From positions 64,001 through 128,000 of the forward strand of contig JAWAFD010000001.1 of assembly GCA_038890745.1 (NCBI GenBank): DNA of 64,000 bases, written 5' to 3'. A program made the position numbers and the translations under genes. Origin of the DNA: Candidatus Anstonellales archaeon. GTDB lineage: Archaea > Micrarchaeota > Micrarchaeia > Anstonellales > J096. The notes below the pieces were generated by a model. The model did no database searches. It was not told where the DNA came from and was given only the letters and a program-made list of their open reading frames with translations. This document shows, in pieces, positions 48,983-58,108 of this stretch (position 1 is its first letter; each line of letters opens with the position of its first letter).

Positions 48983-49006
48983 TATCATAATAATCATTAT
49001 CGTAAT
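48981..49006. promoter_or_regulatory. Tandem quasi-palindrome over the ATPase start
   Basis: ATTATCATAAT-aatc-ATTATCGTAAT between the TATA-like box and the start codon. Confidence 0.5.
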
Positions 49007-49057
49007 CCTGTTTTTAAAACTTTGGGTTTGGGCCCCTCGCATAAAAGACTCTTTCTA

Positions 49058-49417
49058 CTATGACCTGTTATTGTATCCAAAAGCAACACCGACCGGTCTG
49101 GCATTAAAAAAAGCAATGTAATACTCACCGATTACGCGATTTTTCATTTTTATTTTCTTGTTTTTGATAATTTTTCTCGCCTCCTCTTCTGAAATATTGA
49201 TCCTGTTTTTTGTAGCCAGATGACCAAATGTTCTTGCGAAAGAATGTGTTGGTTTGTTTGTGTAAACCAAAATCCCGCGCCTACCTTTGATGTCTATTGA
49301 CATTAATGATTTTGAAAACGCCCTTATCCCTTCTTTCTTTTCCTCAAAAACAATGTTTTTTGGAAAAACGATTCCGAATTTTTCATAAACAAATTTTTTG
49401 AATTCATTTACTCGCAC
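49058..49417 (-). CDS. NIP7/PUA-like accessory protein, paralog 2
   Basis: KPTHSFARTFGHLATKN, similar to 36527-36934. Confidence 0.65.
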   Translation of the reverse strand: MRVNEFKKFVYEKFGIVFPKNIVFEEKKEGIRAFSKSLMSIDIKGRRGILVYTNKPTHSFARTFGHLATKNRINISEEEARKIIKNKKIKMKNRVIGEYYIAFFNARPVGVAFGYNNRS

Positions 49418-50283
49418 CTGATCACCTTTGCAATAAAAAACCCCTCGCTTTTAAGATGCCAGGGGTATACCCTCCATACCTTCCTAAACTCATTCCCAAA
49501 CTCGCTCAAACCTGTTTCATGAGGAATTTCATAAGGAATGTTGATTGTTTCTAACCTTGCATTCTCCCTTCTTTCCAGCAAAAATCTAATAACCTCTTCA
49601 TTTTCTTCTTTTGTATAGGTGCAGGTAGAATACACAAGAACCCCGCCAGGTTTAAGGGAGTCAAAAGAAGAGAGCAAAATCTGTTTTTGCAAACCAGAAA
49701 TTTTTAAACTATCCTTAACCTGCCATTTTGCGTAAGCATATGGAGAAGAGCCCAGACCAGAGCATGGTGCATCAACCAAAACAAAATCAAAATACCCTGG
49801 CTTCAAAAGTTTTGTTCCGCTTCTTTGCGTTATTATTGTATTCAGTACCCCAAGCCGGTTTATATTATTTACAAGCGCGCTTATCCTCTCGATCCTCACA
49901 TCGTTTGCATAAATAATCCCGGTATTCTTCATCATCGCAGCCATCTGGGTTGTTTTTGAGCCTGGCGCTGCGCAAACATCATAAACCTTAGAGCCAGGTC
50001 TAGGGTTCAAAACGACGGGCGGAAGCATGGACCCTAAACTCTGAGTATGTATGTATCCTAAAAAATACTCTATCGTGTTCCCAAGCTTTATGTTTTCATC
50101 AAAAACATAGAAAGCATTCTCAAAAACAGCCCTTTCCAATTTCAACCGGCTGAATTCCAAAAATTCATACACGTTTGTTTTTATTTCATTCACCCGGATT
50201 GTTGGTTTTATGTTGAGCAAAAATTCATTTGCATCCTCTCTTGTAAAGCCCGAAAGCCAACCTTTGTATTCAGAATATTCCAT
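49408..50283 (-). CDS. RsmB/NOL1/NOP2 RNA m5C methyltransferase, paralog 2
   Basis: DVCAAPGSKT, DAPCSG, YSTCT; start placed at MEYSEY. Confidence 0.9.
   Translation of the reverse strand: MEYSEYKGWLSGFTREDANEFLLNIKPTIRVNEIKTNVYEFLEFSRLKLERAVFENAFYVFDENIKLGNTIEYFLGYIHTQSLGSMLPPVVLNPRPGSKVYDVCAAPGSKTTQMAAMMKNTGIIYANDVRIERISALVNNINRLGVLNTIITQRSGTKLLKPGYFDFVLVDAPCSGLGSSPYAYAKWQVKDSLKISGLQKQILLSSFDSLKPGGVLVYSTCTYTKEENEEVIRFLLERRENARLETINIPYEIPHETGLSEFGNEFRKVWRVYPWHLKSEGFFIAKVIRCE
49422..49676 (-). repeat. Inverted copy of 36266-36520
   Basis: Reverse complement matches with 5 substitutions. Confidence 0.9.
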
Positions 50284-50334
50284 AAGAATAGAATAAAAAC
50301 AAAAAATTAAAAACAATCTGTAGCATGTTCTTTT

Positions 50335-50712
50335 ATGAAAGAGTTTTTTGTTCAAACAAAAAAACAGGTTGAGGCAATCGATATAACGCACGAAATAGAG
50401 GCAAGAATAGAAAAGAATGCAAAAGCATGTTTGGTTTTTGTCCCGCACGCAACCGCGGCTATAATACTAAATGAGTATGAACCAAACATAAAAAGCGACT
50501 ACGAGAAATTCTATTCCGAGCTTGCGAAGGGGGATTGGAGGCATAACTCCATAGACAATAACGCAGAGGCTCATCTCCTCTCCTCGCTCGTGAAGCCATT
50601 CGCGCTAATTCCATGCGAAAACGGAAAACTTATGCTCGGAACATGGCAGAGGGTTATGCTTCTTGAGTTAGATGGGCCGAGAAGAAGAAAGATTACACTA
50701 ACCACGCTGTAG
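50335..50712 (+). CDS. yjbQ: YjbQ family (UPF0047) protein
   Basis: PHATAAIILNE, NAEAH, LGTWQRV..ELDGPR. Confidence 0.92.
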   Translation: MKEFFVQTKKQVEAIDITHEIEARIEKNAKACLVFVPHATAAIILNEYEPNIKSDYEKFYSELAKGDWRHNSIDNNAEAHLLSSLVKPFALIPCENGKLMLGTWQRVMLLELDGPRRRKITLTTL

Positions 50713-50715
50713 GTC

Positions 50716-51669
50716 CTAATATCTTTCTATTCCATAGTTGGTTAGTTTGTGGTATTTCCCGTTGTTTAGGTATATCAGGGACAGCTCGGTAGAGATTTCA
50801 ACAAAAAAATTTTCATACACAATAGGTGAGGCGATATCTTTCAACGTTATCAATGCTTCCTGTAAATCGTTGTTTTTCACAATTTCCTCTATAAACCACT
50901 TTCTATGTTGCGTGGTCGTGAATACATCCCTCAAGCTAAAAATTATTGAGCTGTTCGCAAAATTTTTTATGCAAACAGGAGAAAAGATAAAGTTGTATGA
51001 TTGAATTCCCGCGCTGGTTAAAAAAATATATTTACCCTGTCTGTTTAGAAGGAAAAGAAAAGGAAAGAGAGCAGAGAGATGTTCCTCACTCAAAAATCTA
51101 ACTATGCTATCTTTCTGCTCTGTATATGTTTTTGCTATGTTTTCTAAACTTGATTCAAGCAAAAACCTGAATTCATAGAGATACCCGACATTTTCTGTAT
51201 GCCTATTTATTAAATGGACAAAAAGAGGGGAGAGGCCAAGAAGGCTTGTGGGATAATCCTCATCAACTGAGAATTTCCCATCTTTTAGTCCCATCCCTAG
51301 CGGGAAATTAAGAATAAAACTACTTATCTTTAGTGGATAAGCAGCCCTTTCTGCTTTTTTGCTGAACTTCTCAGCAACCGAAAGTATCTCATCCTCATCT
51401 GCCTCAAAAATATTTGAGTTAAAGATGTATATTTTTTCAAGCAAACCTACTCTCTCTTCATTAGTTAAGTTAGGTAAATGGTAGTAGGCTATGAGAGAGG
51501 AAAGGATATGCTCCTTTATCCTTTTTTCCAATGGCTCCTCCTCCAAAATATAAGAGAGATTCGCTAAATAGTGCCATTTATTTCTATCAGGGATAACATG
51601 AGAAATTGATCTGCTTATAATACCATCCACTCTTGCTTTATTTAGTGCTCTAAGCATGGTTAAGCCCAT
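50716..51669 (-). CDS. Hypothetical protein
   Basis: 317-aa ORF, no recognised motif. Confidence 0.55.
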   Translation of the reverse strand: MGLTMLRALNKARVDGIISRSISHVIPDRNKWHYLANLSYILEEEPLEKRIKEHILSSLIAYYHLPNLTNEERVGLLEKIYIFNSNIFEADEDEILSVAEKFSKKAERAAYPLKISSFILNFPLGMGLKDGKFSVDEDYPTSLLGLSPLFVHLINRHTENVGYLYEFRFLLESSLENIAKTYTEQKDSIVRFLSEEHLSALFPFLFLLNRQGKYIFLTSAGIQSYNFIFSPVCIKNFANSSIIFSLRDVFTTTQHRKWFIEEIVKNNDLQEALITLKDIASPIVYENFFVEISTELSLIYLNNGKYHKLTNYGIERY

Positions 51670-51723
51670 GGTTATAATTTATATACTATAAAGGTTTTTA
51701 TTCTTTGCTTCTCTATTCTACCC

Positions 51724-52020
51724 ATGGGACCATCAGAAAGGCTTAAGCGCCACTTAACATCAGAAAACCTTTGGTTATATATTCTGAGTTTAGCAAGCAA
51801 AAAACCAGTGTACGCATATGCGATGAGAAAGGAGATAAAAAGGTTTGGGTTTGAGCCTAGTTTAGTTATGCTTTACTTGGTTCTTCCTAGATTGGAGCTG
51901 GCGGGGTACATAAGAAGTGAAATGAGAGGAAGGAGGAAGTACTATATTATAACGAAAAAGGGGAAGGAAGAGCTTGAAAAAGGAAAAAGCGAGATGCGAA
52001 GGGTTTTGGGCCTATTGTAA
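51724..52020 (+). CDS. PadR-family transcriptional regulator
   Basis: LYILSL..PVYAY, LY..L.RLE..GYI, RKYYIITKKGKEEL. Confidence 0.88.
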   Translation: MGPSERLKRHLTSENLWLYILSLASKKPVYAYAMRKEIKRFGFEPSLVMLYLVLPRLELAGYIRSEMRGRRKYYIITKKGKEELEKGKSEMRRVLGLL

Positions 52021-52031
52021 CTATGGTTACA
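52016..52031. promoter_or_regulatory. Palindromic box, copy 4
   Basis: TGTAACTATGGTTACA overlapping the PadR stop, 22 bp upstream of TATTTTAA preceding nreA. Confidence 0.75.
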
Positions 52032-52085
52032 TCTGTCCCCAGGCCTGCAAACCTATTTTAACCCCTTCAAATAAACTATTCTCAT

Positions 52086-53252
52086 ATGGTCAAGCCCAAT
52101 GTTAGCATGGAGGAGCATAGAAGATGGCTCCGCTCCTCTCATCTATTGGAAAAACTTTCCATAAATTTTGATGAGATAGAGAAAAAGCTTGGTGAGAGAA
52201 TTTTTGGCCCGAGCATTGATTTTTTTGTTGGTTCTACCGGCTGGCCTAATATAAATGCCGGTCCTCTCATCTCATTGGGCGAAGCAACAGAAACAAAACA
52301 TTTATTTGGTATGGGATATGAAGGGATCATAGCTTCCCGGTTGGCTACAACAAGAGGAAAAAAATTTACTTCTGTTTACTCCCCAAGAATTACAGAAAGC
52401 ATGAAGGAAATAGCGATGAGCATAAAACCCATAGATGTTGAGGCGCATTTCTCAAAAAAACCATTCTTTGAACTTCATCTTTCGCCAATCGTTCAACCAA
52501 TGGGTCCTTCAGCCCCACTAAAAATGCTGATAGAAGCAGAAAACCCAATAATTCCAAGAAAGGTTTATTCGCTTTATGAAGAAAAAATAAAAGCGATAGA
52601 TGCTATCTCTGAGCTTCTTTCTCATGGATTTGACAACTATTACATTTCAAAAATTCTTTCAGCCGGGGTTTTGGGTGAGGAAAAGCGCCTTGTTCCTACG
52701 CGGTGGAGCATAACAGCGAGCGATGATATGATCGGAAAAATCCTCATAAATAAAATAAAAGAGTATAAAGAAAACAACGAAATCCTTGTTTTTACAAGCT
52801 ATTACCTGTTCAATCAGTTTGTTATCCTTCTCCTTCCCGGAAGATGGGAGTTTGAGAATTTTGAAGCCTGGGCTCCAAAAACAAGCTGTGGCTTGAACCA
52901 AAAAGAGTACACAATACTAGAGGAATACGAGGGGTGGAGGGGAAGATGGAGATATGCAGAGCAGGCAGGCGGATATTATGCCTCCCGGCTCGCTGTTTTA
53001 GAATACTTAAACAAAATGAAAATGCAAAGCAGGGTTGTTGTTTTTCGGGAAGTTTATGAAGGTTTTTATCTACCTGTTGGCGTTTGGCAGGTAAGGGAAA
53101 ACGTAAGAAACGCGCTTAAACAAAAACCAAAAAAATTCTCAACAATAAATGAAGCGCTCGAAGAAATTAAAAAATACCTTCGCCTTTCATTACAAGAGTA
53201 CAGAAAAAGGAGCAGGATTTTAGGGCAGCTTGGGCTTAAAGATTTTTTTTAA
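52086..53252 (+). CDS. nreA: Nre-family DNA repair protein
   Basis: FVG..GWPN..AGP, RLVPTRWSITASD, GGYYASRL, PVGVWQVRENVR, C-terminal PIP-like QLGLKDFF. Confidence 0.9.
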   Translation: MVKPNVSMEEHRRWLRSSHLLEKLSINFDEIEKKLGERIFGPSIDFFVGSTGWPNINAGPLISLGEATETKHLFGMGYEGIIASRLATTRGKKFTSVYSPRITESMKEIAMSIKPIDVEAHFSKKPFFELHLSPIVQPMGPSAPLKMLIEAENPIIPRKVYSLYEEKIKAIDAISELLSHGFDNYYISKILSAGVLGEEKRLVPTRWSITASDDMIGKILINKIKEYKENNEILVFTSYYLFNQFVILLLPGRWEFENFEAWAPKTSCGLNQKEYTILEEYEGWRGRWRYAEQAGGYYASRLAVLEYLNKMKMQSRVVVFREVYEGFYLPVGVWQVRENVRNALKQKPKKFSTINEALEEIKKYLRLSLQEYRKRSRILGQLGLKDFF

Positions 53253-53855
53253 TGCCTTCACAATACTTGTTGCTGGTCTTACAAAAGGATTCGTGCTTCC
53301 AAATATTTTTGATTTTTTCAATGCTTTAAGCATTTCTTTCGGGCTATCCAGATCAAACCCTTCGACTTCGGTATATGCATTGCCAAATTCAAAAAGAAAA
53401 TGAGCATCGCTTCCAGCAGCCTTTAGTTTTTTGTTTTTTTCAGCAAACTCTTCTGCAATTTTATTATACTTTTCAAGGGCTCTTCCATTTAGAACCTCTA
53501 TTATATCCGCCTTTTCTCCCAACTCCGCTGCTCCCTTCCTAGTTTTATCGAACATATGCGGAAGATAAACAATCCCGCCCTGCTCCTTTATTCTATCTAT
53601 AGCTTCATACCCATCTATTCCTCGAGGGATTTCCTCTTCAATGTACAGCCCTATTACATCCCCATGCGCTGTTAATATTTCCTCACCCGGAATAAAACTC
53701 TTTGTGATCTCTCTCATCTTTTCATTCGCCTTTATACTATTATGGTCGGTAATAGCCGGGACAATTCCTATTTTCTCGCTTTTCTTAGCCAGGTCTTCCA
53801 ATCTCGTCATGGAATCCTTGGAGTAGATCGTGTGAACATGAAAATCTATTTTCAT
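53220..53855 (-). CDS. PHP-domain phosphoesterase
   Basis: DFHVHT.YS.D, ITDHN, GEE, PH, GSDAH. Confidence 0.9.
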   Translation of the reverse strand: MKIDFHVHTIYSKDSMTRLEDLAKKSEKIGIVPAITDHNSIKANEKMREITKSFIPGEEILTAHGDVIGLYIEEEIPRGIDGYEAIDRIKEQGGIVYLPHMFDKTRKGAAELGEKADIIEVLNGRALEKYNKIAEEFAEKNKKLKAAGSDAHFLFEFGNAYTEVEGFDLDSPKEMLKALKKSKIFGSTNPFVRPATSIVKALKKIFKPKLP

Positions 53856-53906
53856 GACTATTTCAGCAACGCCATCGTTTTTAAACATTTAGTAAGAAAC
53901 ACATCC

Positions 53907-54689
53907 ATGCAACCTCTTAAAAATTCATACCGTTTATTTTCCCAAAAAGCACTCCAGTTCCTATACTTAATGGTTCTCCAACCGATATTCACAGGTTCGG
54001 TGTTGTTCACATTTGCTGGTATCGTTTTTTTCTTGCTCATCCTAGTAAATGCTTTTGGTTATCTTAACCCATCAAACGGAGTGTATGTTGTTGGTGCATT
54101 CGTAGGGGTTATGCTTGCCATAAGCTTCTATTTCTACTCTGCATTCAAGGGTGCTCTTGTAAAAGGTTTCTCTCAGATTGCATTTGCGCACGGAATGGAT
54201 TTGGAAGACTTTCTTGTCTATTCCATGGTAAGAGGGATGAAATTTTTTGGAATCTCTATTCTTAAAATATTCCTTTACATAATCATATTGGCGCCTCTTG
54301 CCATTACCTATTACTTCCGGCCAGACTTTTTTTCAGCAGAGTACATCCCGATAGTTCTTGCCGCAATATACATCCCATTGTTTTTTATAATTGAGTATGG
54401 TTTCTGTCTTTCATACATAGGGGTTGCGTTGAGGGATTTTGGTGTCAGGGATGCGATAAAAGCTTCATTAAAGATGACATTCAAATCAATAGCCGACTTT
54501 TTTCCTCTCTACCTTGTGTACGCTATAGTATGGTGGGCAAGGCTCATCCCCCTTGTTGGCATAGCCATCCACTTTGTCCTCTACCCAGTTGTGTACACCG
54601 CCCTAATCTTTCAGTTCCAAGAAAGTGTAGGGAGGTCATACCGCCCTACCTATCGTGAAGAAAAAGACATAGATATAATTATTGGCTAG
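53907..54689 (+). CDS. Hypothetical membrane protein
   Basis: About 6 TM segments; start placed at MQPLKN. Confidence 0.6.
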   Translation: MQPLKNSYRLFSQKALQFLYLMVLQPIFTGSVLFTFAGIVFFLLILVNAFGYLNPSNGVYVVGAFVGVMLAISFYFYSAFKGALVKGFSQIAFAHGMDLEDFLVYSMVRGMKFFGISILKIFLYIIILAPLAITYYFRPDFFSAEYIPIVLAAIYIPLFFIIEYGFCLSYIGVALRDFGVRDAIKASLKMTFKSIADFFPLYLVYAIVWWARLIPLVGIAIHFVLYPVVYTALIFQFQESVGRSYRPTYREEKDIDIIIG

Positions 54690-55632
54690 CGCCCCGAACG
54701 TATCTGTACGCAGAAACAGCAGCAAGAGCCCCCTCCCCGGCAGCCCAAACAACCTGTTTTATCCTGTTTTTTCTCACATCCCCAGCGGCGAATATCCCTT
54801 CCCCAGCCATAAGCGAATCGTCCGTGATTATGTATCCGTGTTCATCTGTTTTTACAATTTTTTTGAAAGGTTCGCTGTTCGGCTCCATTCCTATGTAAAT
54901 AAAAACCCCATCAATTTTTTTCTCATAACTTTTGTTTTTTTCTTTATCTAAAAGTATAACACTCTCTACTTTTTCTTTACCCCTTATTTCCCTTGTCTCC
55001 GTGTTAAAGATAAATTCTATTTTTTTGTTGGCGAATGCGCGGTCTATTAAAACTTTTTCAGCCTTAAGGTTATCCTTGTTTTTTCGGTATACAACATAAA
55101 CTTTTTTAGCAAAGTTTGTTAGGTAGTTTGCTTCTTCGATGGCCGAGTTTCCTCCACCAACAACCATGACCTCTTTATCCTTAAAAAATGGGCCATCGCA
55201 CGTTGCGCAATAGCTTATCCCCTTTCCCTTTAGCTCCTTTTCACCCGGAACATTAAGCATTTTCTCCTTCTCACCGGTTGCTATTATCACCGCCTTTGCT
55301 TTCAGCTCGCCAGCGCTCGTTTCCAACACCACCCAACCCCCTTCTTTTTTTGCATTCTTAACCTCAACAAAATTCCTAAGCTCCGCACCTGCTTTTTTTG
55401 CATGCTCGGCAAACCTTTCAGCAAGTTCGCTTCCCTTTATGCTTTCTATTCCCGGATAGTTCTCAACATTGTTTGTATTTGAAATCTGCCCACCGAAAAC
55501 ACCCTTTTCAAGAACGAGAACATCCAAACCAGCCCTTGCTGCGTATATAGCGGCAGAAAGCCCTGCAGGCCCGCCACCAACGATTATCAACTCATACTCT
55601 TTTTTTCTGGATTTTGATGGCAGAGTAAACAT
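54679..55632 (-). CDS. trxB: Thioredoxin-disulfide reductase
   Basis: GGGPAG, CATCD, GGGNSA, FAAGD. Confidence 0.95.
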   Translation of the reverse strand: MFTLPSKSRKKEYELIIVGGGPAGLSAAIYAARAGLDVLVLEKGVFGGQISNTNNVENYPGIESIKGSELAERFAEHAKKAGAELRNFVEVKNAKKEGGWVVLETSAGELKAKAVIIATGEKEKMLNVPGEKELKGKGISYCATCDGPFFKDKEVMVVGGGNSAIEEANYLTNFAKKVYVVYRKNKDNLKAEKVLIDRAFANKKIEFIFNTETREIRGKEKVESVILLDKEKNKSYEKKIDGVFIYIGMEPNSEPFKKIVKTDEHGYIITDDSLMAGEGIFAAGDVRKNRIKQVVWAAGEGALAAVSAYRYVRGASQ

Positions 55633-55693
55633 GCTTTTTCTATTGCAGAGAATGTTTAAATATCTTGTTCAGAGAAGCAAAAGTGTGGAATGA

Positions 55694-55743
55694 TTCCGCT
55701 CTACCGACCAAAATCAAATAAAAATGGTCGCTGGAGCGGAATT
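55694..55743. repeat. 50-bp hairpin-forming direct repeat (3' flank of the ATPase)
   Basis: TTCCGCTCTACCGACCAAAATCAAATAAAAATGGTCGCTGGAGCGGAATT, identical to 57040-57089. Confidence 0.95.
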
Positions 55744-57007
55744 AAACCGAAAGCGCAAACAAAGGAATGGGGATTCGCTCCTTCGATATTGTTTCATCCA
55801 TGCTGAGTGTGAGTATGCCTTCTCTTGATTTCTTTCCTTTCCCTCCAACCTCTATTCGCAGCCCGTTGGCTATAAAATCTACTTCATGGCTGTAGAAAAT
55901 CGCGCCAGATAGCGATAAGAGATGCCGAAATACTGAATCCTCTCTAAGATTTCCTGTTATCTCTGCGCTGCTTACTATGGGTAAAGCAAGGATATACCGC
56001 ATAGATGGTGAATAAAAAAACCATTTCTTTGGCTTCTTGAACATCCTACCCCTTCCTTGGTATTCTATCCCTTTGATTATCATCCCATTTTCAAATACCT
56101 CAAGCAGCTTTCCAATACTTTCTTTTGATACACCTACAACTTCAGAAAGGGTAGTCAGCTTAACAGCATCCGCAGGAATGGTTGAAAGATACTTTATCAG
56201 CCTCTCTGCTGCGGTCAGCATCCTTGTTTCAAATTTTTCATATCTGGAAAAATCTTCATATATAGTTCTTTTCACGATTTTATTTATTCCATCAGCATAC
56301 GCATGCTCATCAAGTCTGAGTGCGGCCGGTAGGTCATGGCGCATGTATTCATCATACAGCGCAAGAAGATTATATGGGCCAAGTAAAGAAAGTACTCTCA
56401 GGTATTCCTCATCAAGATTTTTTTTCCCGAGATTTTTCCGTATGCTTTTGGATATCTCATCAGGTATTACTATTCCATATCTAAGCATTAGGTATTCTCT
56501 GAAAGAGAGGGGGTGTACCTGAAGCTCGTATGCCCTTCTGGTTAGCTCTGTTGTTTTTCTGAGCGGAAGGGCGGATGAAGAGGTTGCGATTATAACAAGG
56601 TTTGGCCTTCTATCATGAAGGACTTTAAGGTGGATATCCCATTCAGGAAGATAGGTTATTTCATCCAGGAGGAGTAGAAATTTTTTGCCTAACCCGACCC
56701 TCTCCTTTTTTATATAATCTAACGCTTCGAGAGCATGGTTGAGTGTTATCCCGCGCGATATAAGCTCATCGCATGAAAAATAAGCCTTTTCCCCTGCTGT
56801 TTCATTGAAAAGCTGGTATAACCCCGTAGTCTTTCCTGTACCCCGTAAACCAGTGAGAATAAATACACGTTGCCCGCTTCTCGCAACTGCCGCTCTTAGT
56901 TCATTAACAAAGCATCTTTTGGACTTCACATTTTTAAGCTCTTCGGCGATTATTTTTGGAGTTTCTGCCAGTGTGTTCAACACAAACCTCTTTATTATTT
57001 CGGTCAT
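55742..57007 (-). CDS. AAA_14-type ATPase with HTH-like and C-terminal PD-(D/E)XK-like regions
   Basis: GLRGTGKT, LLDEI, TSSS, PLSFREY, EVDF..IEVGGKGK; start placed at MTEII. Confidence 0.85.
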   Translation of the reverse strand: MTEIIKRFVLNTLAETPKIIAEELKNVKSKRCFVNELRAAVARSGQRVFILTGLRGTGKTTGLYQLFNETAGEKAYFSCDELISRGITLNHALEALDYIKKERVGLGKKFLLLLDEITYLPEWDIHLKVLHDRRPNLVIIATSSSALPLRKTTELTRRAYELQVHPLSFREYLMLRYGIVIPDEISKSIRKNLGKKNLDEEYLRVLSLLGPYNLLALYDEYMRHDLPAALRLDEHAYADGINKIVKRTIYEDFSRYEKFETRMLTAAERLIKYLSTIPADAVKLTTLSEVVGVSKESIGKLLEVFENGMIIKGIEYQGRGRMFKKPKKWFFYSPSMRYILALPIVSSAEITGNLREDSVFRHLLSLSGAIFYSHEVDFIANGLRIEVGGKGKKSREGILTLSMDETISKERIPIPLFALSV

Positions 57008-57039
57008 AGGAGTATTTTGGAGTACCACCTTTATAAGGT

Positions 57040-57089
57040 TTCCGCTCTACCGACCAAAATCAAATAAAAATGGTCGCTGGAGCGGAATT
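57040..57089. repeat. 50-bp hairpin-forming direct repeat (5' flank of the ATPase)
   Basis: Identical to 55694-55743; immediately upstream of CTTATAAA on the minus strand. Confidence 0.95.
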
Positions 57090-57100
57090 CTCTGGAGAAA

Positions 57101-57382
57101 TTACTGCTTATTTTTCCATCTTTCATCAATTTTTTTATCATATATAACTAACTCATACCCTCCGTTTTCTTTGCTTATGATCTCTGCTTTAGTATTTCCA
57201 TAGGTCCTTTTCTCACCCTCATAAAAAAATATCCTATCAAGCGTTTTCCACTGCGAGCCCTGTGCGTATTTATATCTTACTTCCATTTTAAGCTTCATAG
57301 AAAATGCAATGGATTCAAGATCCTCTATCTCCTTTTCAGAAATACCATAGGACACCAGCCATCTATTTATTTTGTATTTCAC
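57101..57382 (-). CDS. Hypothetical protein
   Basis: 93-aa ORF, GTG start. Confidence 0.5.
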   Translation of the reverse strand: MKYKINRWLVSYGISEKEIEDLESIAFSMKLKMEVRYKYAQGSQWKTLDRIFFYEGEKRTYGNTKAEIISKENGGYELVIYDKKIDERWKNKQ

Positions 57383-57406
57383 AACCTACTTTTCTCTTAC
57401 TTGTTT

Positions 57407-58030
57407 TTAATGCTTTTCGCTCATCATACCTCTCAGTATTTCGTACGCTCTTGCGGTGTCTGCTTGTCTCACTACCAGCATTGTGTCGGTGTAGCATGAA
57501 ATTATTTCAACAACATTTATTCCCTCCATCGCAAGCGCGCTGAGGAGGGATGCTATCACGCCCGGTGTTTCTTCGAGCTCAGGGCCGCTTTCTATTACCA
57601 CTAGATCAAGGTTTTCTTCTATTTTTACAATTCCTCGCATTCTTTTTATTTTTTCAACTACTCTCTCATCGACAACATAGGTATAAAACCTACTTCTTGC
57701 ATATGTAATATAACTCATGTCTAATTTCCTATCTGAGATGACAACCGCGACCTTTGTTTTTATACTAAGAGAACTTCTTCTCAGCAACCTTAGAATTTTT
57801 TCTTCAAGTCCCTCCTCAATCCTTTCAAGCTTTTTTCCCAGCCTTATGAGTGCGGCCTTTACCGCCTGTTCCTTTTTGATATTTCCATACATCTCCAGGC
57901 ATATCCTCCTAGCTAGACCGCTGTAGTTTGCTACCCCCTCCCGCAAAAGTTCATACACAAAAGGCCTTCTTTTTATGTATAGCCAGACGAGCTCGGATAT
58001 TTTTGTTCTATTTGGAACATTCTTTGCCAT
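57407..58030 (-). CDS. ACT-domain protein with N-terminal HTH-like region
   Basis: NYSGLAR..VKAALIR; TPGVIA..LAMEGINVVEIISCYTD. Confidence 0.8.
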   Translation of the reverse strand: MAKNVPNRTKISELVWLYIKRRPFVYELLREGVANYSGLARRICLEMYGNIKKEQAVKAALIRLGKKLERIEEGLEEKILRLLRRSSLSIKTKVAVVISDRKLDMSYITYARSRFYTYVVDERVVEKIKRMRGIVKIEENLDLVVIESGPELEETPGVIASLLSALAMEGINVVEIISCYTDTMLVVRQADTARAYEILRGMMSEKH

Positions 58031-58108
58031 ATTTGTAACAAATGCACCGAAAGATTTAAATCCTTTTTTCCAACCTAGTATTTACAAAATGGAAAAAGGT
58101 GATAAAAA

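Noticed and set aside
55694..57089. Integron attC cassette interpretation of the hairpin repeats
   Set aside because: No RYYYAAC/GTTRRRY ends, no cassette array and no integrase in the window.
58031..58043. ATTTGT-A-ACAAAT palindrome at the ACT-protein start as a regulon box
   Set aside because: Different spacing and sequence; short and AT-rich. It may be a local operator but cannot be supported.
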